Shown piece after piece: positions 25,501 to 37,762 of a DNA stretch of 64,000 bases (within the stretch, counting starts at the first letter, position 1; each line of letters begins with the position of its first letter). This DNA is from Owenia fusiformis (taxonomy: Eukaryota). The notes under the pieces were generated by a model that saw nothing but the letters and a program-made list of their open reading frames with translations, had not been told where the DNA came from and did not search any database. The translations under genes were made by a program, and so were the position numbers. The stretch spans positions 18,290,001-18,354,000 of the forward strand of contig CAIIXF020000001.1 of assembly GCA_903813345.2 (NCBI GenBank). The letters are read 5' to 3'.

Positions 25501-28500
25501 ATGATTTCACCAATCCATTTGAATGCAAGCAATCTTTTAGAGAAAACAAATGGAACGTAAATACATCGACTTTCAATCACATTTGACGGTAAAATTAATG
25601 ACGCTCGTGTTTTCCCATAGTTAACATTTTCCAGTTTTGTTCAACTTCGCGGCAAACCTTGATGTGAATTTAGACAAAACAAGCAAATGTGATTAATTTT
25701 GACGTATTCGAAAGCAGTTTGTGAAAAATGAATAAAATATATTAAAGTATTAATTATCGTTTGAAGAGTCGTCTATAATCTGAATCTTGCCCCATTGTCT
25801 TGCTTGTCTATGTGAAATGATAGGCCCTCGGAGCTGAGATCGTTAGTCACATCCAGTCGCTGTCTTTTGAATTAATCGTGAATGCAGTCTTTTCCTTCCT
25901 CTTCGTTCACATAGATCTTTGGACAACATATTAATCATATATTTTTTATCTATTCACAAAATATTACAACGCTCGCAAGCACAACAATTGATATATGATC
26001 ATGTATACACTGGAGGTGTGCAAAAACAGCTATTAATCTCCAGGTTTTGAAAACCCCAGTTGGTTTGGGATCATGGCGTCGCCTACCCACATTTGGTCTA
26101 ACCTGGCGTGTGGGGTGACTTCTTGAGCTTCACGTCCATGTCCCTGACATGACGTAGCAGCTGTTTCCTTGATGTGGGGTATTTGGTGAAAAGTGTGTTG
26201 TCTGGTCTGACCTGAATAGATCTCTCTCGCTCAGTTATTTGAGATGGAGAAAGACCCTAATTTCTATTTGCGATACTTCAGTTTCAACAAGGTCTAAAGT
26301 CTACGAGTATCTTGATAAGAGGTCTGGCTCGAGTTCGCCCTCTTGAAATATCTGATTACGAAGTTTGTAGGAACTGCTCATCGTATCCCGTTTGAGGATG
26401 TTATATCTTCTTTGATCTATTGCATCAAATCATCAGATCCTGGAAATACAAATGAAAGAATAATGTTATTTCGTTAGTTGGAAAGTTATTGATGTTTGAA
26501 TAGATCGTGCCATAGAGGCTTATTTACTCTGGCTTGTTTAGTTAGTCAAGCTGAAACGAAACTAACAATTTAATTAAGCAAATGCAATAGAAGGAGAAGG
26601 CCAGATAAATATTCTTCTAGCCGAGTAAATAATCTCTGATTGCTGATATGAATAAAGGAATTACGAATGGTAATTGCATCCAACAAAATAATGTACTTTT
26701 CCCTGAAAAATAAAATTTAAAACGTCTTAAATTTGTCTTCATTTAGATATTGCTTTTAGATATTAACACTTGCAAAGACTCGTCCTTTAATAAACGTCTA
26801 ATCTACAAGAATTTCCTTGTATATATGCCTTAACTAGCACGACATACAGACCAATTTACCAACTAACTAATGTCAAAAATCCCATTTGCAAAGAGGAAAG
26901 ATTAATGCAGAAATTATGCCATTTACTCTCACGACTTGAGGGTAGGCAATCAGGAAATGGATCTCATTTACTTGTGTGTTGACTTCGCAATTGGATTTTT
27001 CTATCTTAGAAAACATCTCTTTCATAGTTTCCTCATTAATCATCTATTGACAGTTGGAGAAATTTAGCAAAGAACACAAATCGATCCTTTACTGGAATAA
27101 ACATTGTTGCTTCTCTCATGAAATAATATGCCAGCTACTGTTTAGCTAGAAGTATACTTTCAAAATGGCCGACTCTCCTGATTTATCTATTCGGCGCAGA
27201 TGAATTATCTTGGGAATATGGGATGCTTAATATTGAATTCATAGTAGATATACCACAGTTGGTGTCTTAATCATGGTATTAAAGTATAATGCACTATTGT
27301 TTTATATTAGTCTTTAATATATGGGTCAGCGTTGGGACTTGAGGTGGTTTAAGGTGTTGAGTGACGCCCGTTATTTCGCTATATCAGTCGAACAATCGGG
27401 CAATAAAATGTGATTTATTTTATGTTTATTGTAGTATTTTTCGTCTAGAAATGCAATTGAGACCCTGTTACTATTATCGTTTAGGTTGTAAATAACAGAA
27501 TGTAAGTATTTACAAATAATTCGTTAACCACTTTATGTTCTTACCAAAGTTGAAGTAGGCCTTTGTAGATTTGGAATAATGAGATATCAAAGATATAAGT
27601 TGCTTAATGATGTTAAAACTCTCTAAAAGTGCAAGTATTATCATACAATAAACTTATGAGTGTAGATTCTTGCTCATAGTTGTTCAGATGTCGATAGTGA
27701 GAGGACTAAATTGCGAAAAGAGACAACGAACGAATACATGGGTGCCGATCCCAGGTCAAAACTTATCTCTCGATGACGCGATGGATATACAACTCATGTC
27801 TTGTTTCTCCTAGCATCTTATGCCAAACTTTCACAATTTATGTTAAGGTCAATAGAAATATTCAGTATTTATAACATTTATCTGTGTGTATTAACGTTTT
27901 ATCGCCGTGAGTTATGGCCTGCTCAAGTAGCAAGTGTGTAGTTTTGTTTGCTGTACACGTTCGCATTTTGCTCTTGTAGATGGGTGGGAAGGTGACCGGT
28001 AATATGCACCTCTGCTGTCCAAATTCAGACTGGGTCCCGCCATGTGGATGATGTCTACACGTCTAAACATCAGTGTGAAATACCACACAGGCGTTATGTC
28101 GGTAAGTACAGACATATCATGATATACACTGCCTTATCTTTGCTAGCCTTACCACCTATATTTGCCTTATATTGGATTATACTGTATGCTTGCTATCCTA
28201 TATAGTATTCTTGTTATCAATTGACAAGATTATAGTTAAGTGGCTATGTTCACCAAGGTAAACAATTTTTAACTAATGCCATTATACAGGTAGGGAACTC
28301 AAAAAATTAATTGGCAACTCCACTGTAAAAATACGAACTGGGTAAACTATATTATAGCCTTGAATTATGAAAGGATTTCATTGCAATTTCTAGTCTAGAT
28401 CCGCATAAACAGTTGGTCATATTGGAGTTCTTGTTGGAACCTGAATATAGTTGAACAAAAGTTAACAAAAGTAAACTTAAACAAACACATGTGTTCAATT

Positions 28501-29283
28501 CTCGAGAAACTCTCACGTATATCAGAGGACTGGACGTTTAGTATTCTAATATCACAACGCCTTGTGGCATTTCCCCCCAAAGGTTAATCAGACAAGGAGG
28601 CGATTTTTCATCTGAAATTTGACATCCCGATTAGAGGTATTCAGAACTTGCATGATTGTATTCAAAATGTAAAGCCACTAGAGTATAACACGTCATTTTC
28701 TAAATAGAAGACTCATCTCCTCTGACTGTCACCATTAATTCCCTTGTCCACCCGTAAGAAAAATGGCGTCGTGGTCATGTTTTAAAATGTTAAATAGAGT
28801 AAAAAATGAGTGGCCTGGCCAAAGATTAAGATATACAACGGAGTAGTTAACATTCGAATTTGTATAGAAATGTGTGAAAATCGTATACGATATGCAAATA
28901 TTAGAGAGACTTGACTTCGAATCAGCCTTGCAATTAGGATATGGGCTAACGGCATTGCCTAGAAGTTCAGATCAATATTGCTTCATTGCTCAGCAACCGA
29001 GCCTGGCCCATGGGGAAAAAGCTGGTTCGGGGTGAATTTTTTCTTTAAGCCAAGTTCTTTGAAAGTTCCTTGGTTGAACTTTGAAGTGAAATGTGATACG
29101 CATGTGCATTCAACAAAATAACACAGTTAAAACCTCCTTGGGGTGAATTTGTTACAGTTTTGGTGATTTCACATACTTGACAATTTTTATAAAACAATGA
29201 CATGATAAAGTTTTAAAATATATTATAGTGAATTCATATTAACAGATTTGATCGAACTCAAACAATATAATATATAGTTAAAA

Positions 29284-31284
29284 TTTACATGATATATCAC
29301 TTTTTTTAACGTATTTTATCACTTTAAAATTGCACTCTATTTTAATCTATATCTGGGTGTGGCTACTGAAACTACTGTCCTTTGCAACATTTTTCGATTA
29401 TTTCATTTTAGAGTATTAAACGAAATGAAAACCATGTCCAAATAAATATGTTGCCATATGTTATTTACTCAACTTGACAATGTTTTGGGGTTATTTTAGG
29501 ATTTGTAACTGTTTAAAAAGATGATCAAATTGAAGTGTCATAGTGACCTGTTTTCAACCAAAATGGCCGCTTCGACCCCCGACCTTAATGTAAGATATAA
29601 TACTTTATAGTACAAGATGTGTCATAAAAATGGAATTTATGTTTTTGGGAGTTTACTTAAAGTATTGATTAAGAAATGTTTCGGATTTCAGGTGTTACCC
29701 TATGTGAAATAGAGTTGAAGAAGAAACCATCTTAAAAATATTCTAGTACACCGAAACCAAAAATGTCAAATTAGATGTCAATGGGCTGCTTAAGCTATAA
29801 CTTAGGGTAACAATGGATTACTTTAGATTTTACCTTACCTCAGACCTCACAATAAACTATTTAAGCTTGACTTTGAAACAGATAGCTTTGGCGATATTAT
29901 ACTGCGTCTAACATTGAAAAATAACATACGATCTGAAAAAAACTTTACATGATATATAACTTTTATGAACGTATTTTATCACTTTAAAAATGAACTCTAT
30001 TTTAATGTAATTCTGGGTGTGGCTACTGAAACTACTGTCCTTTGCAACACTTTTCGATTTTTTCATTTTAGAGTATTAAACGAAATGAAAACCATGTCCA
30101 AATAAATATGTTGCCATATGTTATTTACTCAACTTGACAATGTTTTGGGGTTATTTTAGGATTTGTAACTGTTTAAAAAGATGATCAAAATTGAAGAGTG
30201 TCATAGTGACCTGTTTTCAACCAAAATGGCCGCTTCGACCCCCGACCTTAATGTAAGATATAATACTTTATAGTACAAGATGTGTCATAAAAATGGAAAT
30301 TATGTTTTTGGGAGTTTCTTTAAAGTATTGATTAAGAAATGTTTCGGATTTCATGTGTTACCCTTTGTGAAATAGAGTTGTAGAAGAAAATCTTAAAAAG
30401 ATCTTAAAAATATTCTAATCCACCAAAACCAAAAAATGTCAAACTAGATGTCAATGGGCTGTTCAAGCTATAACTCAGGGTAACAATGGATTACTTAGGA
30501 TTTTACCTTACCTCAGACCTCACAATAAACTATTTAAGCTTGACTTTGAAACAGATAGCTTTGGCGATATTATACGTCGTCTTTCATTGAAAAATAACAT
30601 ACGATCTGAAAAAGACTTTACATGATATATAACTTTTATGAACGTATTTTATCACTTTAAAAATGCACTCTATTTTAATCTTATTCTGGGTGTGGCTACT
30701 GAAACTGCTGTCCTTTGCAACACTTTTTTGATTTTTTCATTTTAGAGTATTAAACGAAATGAAAACTATGTCCAAATACTTTAAATATGTTTCCATAGGT
30801 TATTTACTCAACTTGACAATGTTTTGGGGTTACTTTAGGATTTGTAACTGTTTATAAAGATGATCAAAATTGAAGAGTGTCACAGTGACCTGTTTTCAAC
30901 CAAAATGGCCGCTTCGACCCCCGACCTTAATGTAAGATATAATACTTTATAGTACAAGATGTGTCATAAAAATGGAAATTATGTTTTTGGGAGTTTCTTT
31001 AAAGTATTGATTAAGAAATGTTTCGGATTTCAGGTGTTACCCTTTGTGAAATAGAGTTGTAGAAGAAAATCTTAAAAAGATCTTAAAAATATTCTAATAC
31101 ACCAAAACCAAAAAATGTCAAACTAGATGTCAATGGGCTGTTCAAGCTATAACTCAGGGTAACAATGGATTACTGAGGATTTTACCTTACCTCAGACCTC
31201 ACAATAAACTATTTAAGCTTGACTTTGAAACAGATAGCTTTGGCGATGCGTCTTTCATTGAAAAATAACATACAATCTGAAAAA
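29284..31284 (+). repeat. Tandem triplication of a ~660-673 bp unit
   Basis: Units start TTTACATGATAT at 29284, 29944 and 30617. They are highly similar throughout, e.g. CCAAAATGGCCGCTTCGACCCCCGACC in each. Confidence 0.95.
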
Positions 31285-31725
31285 CATTGGCGTTTTTAAC
31301 AACATTTCGTGCCTTGGATTGGTAAAATGGCTAAGAATAGTTTTACTATATACTCTTTCCATACTAGAAAATAAAAGAGCATGCGCGTCAACAAGGAATT
31401 GCTTTTAATTGAATAAAATGCAATTATACTTAATTATATATAATTATATAGCATTGCTCACATGGACAAATTTACAGATTTAACAATAGAAATCATACGA
31501 ATGCTTCTTTGCATGTATTTACTAGAAATGTGTGTATGTATTTTACAAAACAAATAGATATAAACGATCCTGTGGGGAGAATATCTCGGTAAAGAATTTC
31601 CTGTAGTATGTTTTATGATGCAATCCTTAAAACAATCGTACCCTCTTATTATTTATAGTTAATGTTGATTACTGCAGCAAACATCGTTTAATGTATAAAG
31701 TATTTTGTCCCTTTGGTCAGTGTAA

Positions 31726-32091
31726 AGGCAGAATCAAATTTTTAGGGGATGCAAAAATTACAAGCAACGCGTACAGTTGACCTAGCAATATATTCCTTAC
31801 AATATCAAATACAATATCTCCCTAAAGATCCAAGATATGTTATAAATTGTTGAAATTATTGAGGTTTCAAAGTGCAAAAATGGGGGGAAATGTTTAAATT
31901 CTCCCCAGTTATAAAAATGGTAACCATTAAAATAGTAAGAAAATAAAAGTTTATTGTAAAAATCGTTGGTTTTCCTGATATAAAGTATTCACTTTGGGGA
32001 TTTTAGACATTTCAATGACTGATAAGAGCCGAAAATATTCAAAATTAAAACAATTTTTTGTTTAGCTTTGTCGCTAGATCTAATTCTCTCT
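31726..32091 (+). mobile_element. TTAA-target MITE family (Kolobok-like ends)
   Basis: gtaa|AGGCAGAATCAAAT...AGATCTAATTCTCTCT|TTAA. Internal homology to the 19.2 kb and 37.2 kb copies. Superfamily inferred from TTAA target plus purine-purine termini. Confidence 0.8.
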
Positions 32092-33759
32092 TTAAGGTAG
32101 AACAGATGGTAGTGGGATATTGTTTCAGTGTGATCACCACACAGACATTTGGATGAATTAATCGATTCCATAGGAATTTAGGGCAATTCGCACGAGAAAA
32201 GTGTATACTTAATTCCAAGTTATAATCACATCACCACAAAGCCTTGTATATTTATCGCAAATGTACAGACCAACTAGCCAATACCTAAAAAAGTAGTAAA
32301 ACACGTTGTTGAATATAAGAACTATATGTTTCAACCCTTTGCATTATCAATAAATACCATTGGAATGTTATTGCGATGTATTGACTGTTTGGCTTTTTGA
32401 CATGCGTTTTGCTCATGTGCAGCGTCGCTCGCTCGCATGATGCATGTACAGAAAATCAAGATGACTAAATATTATAGATATCAGTTCCAGAAAACTTTAA
32501 TAACTTTGAAGAATAATGTATTTTACAAGGAATTCTTCTCATGAAGCCTTGAAAAAAATATTTGAAAAACTCCATTCATTAGAATTTAAGAGCACGTTAC
32601 AATCGGAAAGATCAATGGTAAAAACTAAAAACTTTCTATAATTATCAACAACAGTGTATATTTTGCAATTAACTTTAGGGAAAAGCTATAATATATCTTA
32701 TCAAAAAGTTTGCGATAATTTTTTATATGTTAAATATTCTCCATATTTTTGCATTACAAATGTAGGTAGATATGCACATACATACATTATGTAGTTGCTA
32801 GTTTGTATAGTGTCCCGTTATAAATAATTGATGGTAGAAAAGTCATTGCAACCTCGTAACAAAGGATGTCTTATCATTAATGATAACCTCGTGTTGCTGG
32901 TGAAGTATACGTCTGATATAGTTTTTTAAGTATTATAAAGTCCCAATGTTTATTTTTATAATTGGCAGAGGTAATTAGTGTGACTTTCATTCGGATCAAT
33001 ATTACTTTGATTGAACTTTTTTAATTTTGAGATGACATATTTCTCCTAAAAAGGAATGAAGTATGGTAAAGTAAATGATGATCATATTGCAGAATTTTTA
33101 AAAGAATAATTTATATCTTATCTTTGAAAACATGCCAAATCTGAAATGAAGTGAAAGCATATAGACATATCATAAAAATGTGCTTTTGCATTTATATGCG
33201 TTGTTATTTATGTAGGTTGTAATAGATCTGACTTAGACTTATAAAATTATATTTAGCTATTAAGATCAACGAATGCGCCATTTGAAAGTACAGCATGTTT
33301 CTTATTTTGATCTAAGTTTATCAATGTCAATACAAAATTTAATTTTTCAAATTTCATAGATAAATCATAATTTTAAATAACTAATTATTCAAACACTCTT
33401 TTGTTTCCTATATGTGTCCATCTCATCTATGAGACACGGAACATTTTGAAGTGATTTAGATAAACCTCCATCACTTGATTTCAAAATTAAGTCTATTTGA
33501 CCCTTGACCCACATACAAGTAATAGTAAAGTGTAGAAGTTAGACCTCATTGGACATTGATTAGCCACGATCCTTCTAAAAGCATGCACTATTTAGCAGTA
33601 AATACTTCTTCGTGCCTGCTATATAACGTTCTCGTTTTTTCTATCGCATTCGCTATACAGAGAGTCTGGTTTATTATAACATTATTTAATTTTTGATCAA
33701 TTTCTTAGGTTGGAATGTTGACAGCATTATTGTAGCTTTGGAAATGAGAGTCACCCCTA

Positions 33760-33822
33760 AACATACCCTGTAGATCCGAATTTGTGTATCTTAAACAACA
33801 AAGTCGAATCTATATGGTACTG
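33760..33822 (+). ncRNA. mir-10: pre-mir-10 hairpin; mature miR-10-5p at 33764-33786
   Basis: TACCCTGTAGATCCGAATTTGTG is the canonical miR-10 sequence. It pairs with ACAAAGTCGAATCTATATGGTA (33798-33819) with three mismatches across a short loop. It sits in the canonical position between Hox5 and Hox4, on the same strand. Confidence 0.97.
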
Positions 33823-36800
33823 AGTAGTGGTTGAAAGTGCAGCGTGTCCATGGGCTTCAATCAGTTGTTTTATAAATTGTTAATTTTAGCAGCTAGTTTT
33901 GTGATGTGTAAAGCTCGCTGGTTACCGTGTTGTGTATTACCTTCACATTTTTAGACGTGTGCATCAATGTCTTGTTAAAATTAGAAAGACATATTTCAAG
34001 ATAGGTAGCGCTATTGCATTGGGTGTGTTACTTTAGCCGTCTGTATAAATCACATCTCAAAGGTCTTGATGTTGATAGTTTTATGGCCGTTTATTGTTAC
34101 TTAGTTAACATAATTGTCTTCTCGTTTAGTTAAAAGGCGGGAATGGCTGATTTATGTGGGAGTTTGCATGTAAGTGTCTAACCAATAGATGGATCTGTAC
34201 ATTCGGCTGTATTCGTGTTTTGTCGGGAAATACCGATATTTTCTAAACAAATCGTTATCAGTAATGGTTCTTTGGGGTTTCCAAGCAATTCAAAACCAAT
34301 TGAATGTAAATTATTCTCAATATTAATTGATGTTTACTGACTTTTCTCCCCGAACATTCATTTGTAACCTAAATGAGAGAAGAGAAGAAGACATAATTAC
34401 CTAGAGAGTGATTTGAATGCATATAAATTCAAAAGGCTAATAAATGTTTGAAAGAATAAAAAATGCATGATATTTTTTCAGAATTAATTAGTATCACGGT
34501 AATTAATAAGGCTACAAAGGTTTCTATCTGCCATATATTGCAACTTATACCTCTGATCGCCTATTAATCACCCTTCATCAAAACTTTCAATTTTTCATCC
34601 AATTGATTTTTGTAAATGATAAATTCAACTTTACTGTATACCGAGTCGTACATCCAGATGTTGAATCTTCATTTACATTTAAATAAAAGAATAACATATT
34701 TTTGTTAACAATATTTTACACTTAAAGTTAAATGTGATAACATGTGTATTAAATATGAACATTAAAGTTCTAAATAATGCCTCAATTGCTGTTTCCTATC
34801 TGTTATATTGTTTTTGTCAAGTTGACCTATATGATTTCTTTCTCAATATCCGGAATGTAACATCTACTCAATGCCGTAGTTAGTGTTTTAATTGTATATT
34901 GTACTCTTTGAATATCTTGAAACCGAGCTAGGAATTTAACACTGACAGTAGAACGCAACAGACCCCACACTGAGTGCCTCTGTTTATTTTAATGAAAAAT
35001 CACCAAAATACGCCTGACACATTTTCATTCAGCAAACCCATATCCTTAAAAATGCAATGCATCTCTTTTGTGTAAATTTAACTTCGTCAATAGCATATGG
35101 AAATCTGTGATCATACTTTGAAATATTGAAATATCGTATTTCAATGATTTGCTCGTTCTAATACACATTAAACGACCCGTGAAAAGGAGTCAAACGTCAT
35201 ACAAGGAAATTTTAATTGGTAATATGCGAGTTGGGCCATTGTTTTATACTTGTTGCAAACTATTTAAAAACTTTTATTTTTATGTTTATTTTGCTGATGA
35301 AAATAGTGGTTAAATTACACTCGACAATAAGTCTCGTAAAAATAAAGTAGCTCTTTGCCCTCATGATTCCAAAATAGAATAAATACAAATGTGATTCAAA
35401 TTGCAATTCTGGATTCCCGCTGAATGTGTAGTATATTACATCATATTACATCACTGATTTATAAAATAACTGAGAAAGTATCCTCTCGAAATCTCCGAAG
35501 AGTTGACGTTTTAGCAGCTGAAATAGGGTTTAGTGGGGGTCAGAGGTCTGAGGTGATCGGTGATCGGTGAGCCAGTGTGTAAGTCATTAATTAAGAGATG
35601 GAACACATTGAAGTGAGTGTTGTTTGCCCTCATCACTGTCCATCTGTGCACATTTCTGGAATGCCGGCTTCTTATTACTTACAACAAGGAGTGGCAGATT
35701 TTGACATAAAACTACTGTTTACGTCGTTCAATATTGTCTTGATTCTTCAGTGGGAAATATATGAAAGTATTTGCCTAAACCATTCATTAATTTTATGTTT
35801 TCGGAAAAAATCAAATGGTTCCCGTAGTCTCATTTGGGGTATTCTCTTGGTATAATAAAGTACATCGTTGTTTGAGATATAAATTACATGTACTATAACA
35901 TATCCAGGGAAATCCAATCTGAGAAAAACGCAAAGTACAACCGTTCTATTTTCCGATATGGATCATGCAGGTTAAAGTACGTTGTTAACATAGATTACTT
36001 TAGATAACTCATGCTGACCATTGGTTTCAGCTTACTTTTGGTCATTCAAATTTCATATCAATTATTGATTGAATTGATTGAATCATATCAATCCTATACA
36101 AGAAATTACGATTTGATTTTCCGAAATTCAATCTGATGTTGCGTTTATGTTATGTTATGTTATTTTTTTATTTACCATCTTAAAGATGAGTACATATACA
36201 TATTGTAAATATGTTACAATAATAAATAAAATTAAAAGTATGCGAAAAATACTACAAGTTATAGGTATAGGTATATTATAGTTATAAGTTTAACATTTTA
36301 AAAGTTTGTGTGTGTTAAAATACGTTGATATTGGTTACCATGGATTACTTCACATTTATTTTTCTGGATTTACGTACACTTTCTAAGGATAAAGCTTAAA
36401 ATGGTTTTATGACTGTTTCAAAGCATGCCTTCTGAATATATTCGTTCATGAAATACGTAATGGGTGTTTTGTACATTGTTTCTTCGTATTTCTTCGAAAT
36501 AATACAATTTTATCTTTCTCATCCATTCTGGAAGGCAACACGTACCTTTGTCTTGATATGTGCTACTTGAGCCGTTTCAATGTTTTTAAAATTATATTAT
36601 TCTTGAATTGTAGATTGAATTATGTTAAATAAAACATGTGCTGAAAACTCTCTCCATACCAAAACACCTCTTAAACACAACTTTTCAACAGGGTAACTTT
36701 CACCATTTATTCAATATCATAGCTTGGCTCGGCGATTACAATCCAATACTCCTCGGATAATCCCATCTTGTGATATTGCACAGAAGTACTTCTACTTGTA

Positions 36801-37212
36801 ATTGAAGATGTTACTGTCAAGCCGAATACAAGGTTTGTTTTATTTTGAGAAATTGCGGTAAAAGTTAATGTGAAACTTAGAGTAATGAAACCCCAGATTC
36901 AATCTGACATGTTGAACTCCTGAATTGTTCCACACATATTGTCTCTGAGTGTTGAGAATTTCGGAAATTTATCTGTAAATATTTTTGTATATCTTAACGA
37001 TACATGACGATCATTTTCTGAGTTTAATTATGTGTTGTTGCCTTCGGTTTATAGACATGGTTGAAATGCAAAAAATAGATGCTATAAGAATTATGCTCGA
37101 TTTGATAATATCCGTATTCATTTGTGTACATTTATTTTGAATATATCATAAGTAACAACATATTCTTCATGAGACAGCTTCATTAAAAACAGGACTAGAA
37201 AGTAGTGCTTAA

Positions 37213-37576
37213 AGAGAGAATCAGATCTAGCGAGCATAACAAAAAATTGTTTCAATTTTAAAATATTTCTGGCTTATGTCATTCCTTTTCATGTCTATTT
37301 TCTAAAAATTCCCTTAGTGAACACTTTGTTTCAGGAAATCTGAGGATTTTTACAATAATGTATTATTTTTCTATTAGAATGGTTACCATTCTTATTATTT
37401 GGGAGAATTTAAACATTTTTCACACATTTTTGCACTTTGAATCCATTATAACTTCACCAATTTATAACATATCGTGAATCTTTTGGGAGGTATTGTATTT
37501 GAGGTAAGGAATAGATTGGTAGGTCAACTGTACTGTTGCTTGTAGTTTTGTCACCCCCATAGATCTGATTCTGCCT
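37213..37576 (-). mobile_element. TTAA-target MITE family, best-preserved copy
   Basis: TTAA|AGAGAGAATCAGATCT...AGATCTGATTCTGCCT|TTAA. Reverse-orientation homologue of 31726-32091. Confidence 0.85.
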
Positions 37577-37637
37577 TTAAAACACACACGTCATTTAGAT
37601 TTTAGTACAGTAAACTCAAAACGTAAATCTGAATGCG

Positions 37638-37762
37638 ATGATATATGATACGATACGATACGATACGATATGATATGATATGATATGATGTGATTGATAT
37701 GATACGATACGATAAAATGTGATATGATATGATATGATATGATTGATATGATATGATATGAT
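37638..37762. repeat. (GATAT/GATAC)n pentanucleotide microsatellite
   Basis: Directly visible; it explains the ISYHI-type ORFs on the minus strand. Confidence 0.95.

Noticed and set aside
36625-36700. Minus-strand GTTACCCTGTTG as a seed-shifted miR-10 paralogue
   Set aside because: Only a short stem with a long loop can be formed and the seed region is unpaired, so it is not a credible pre-miRNA by eye.
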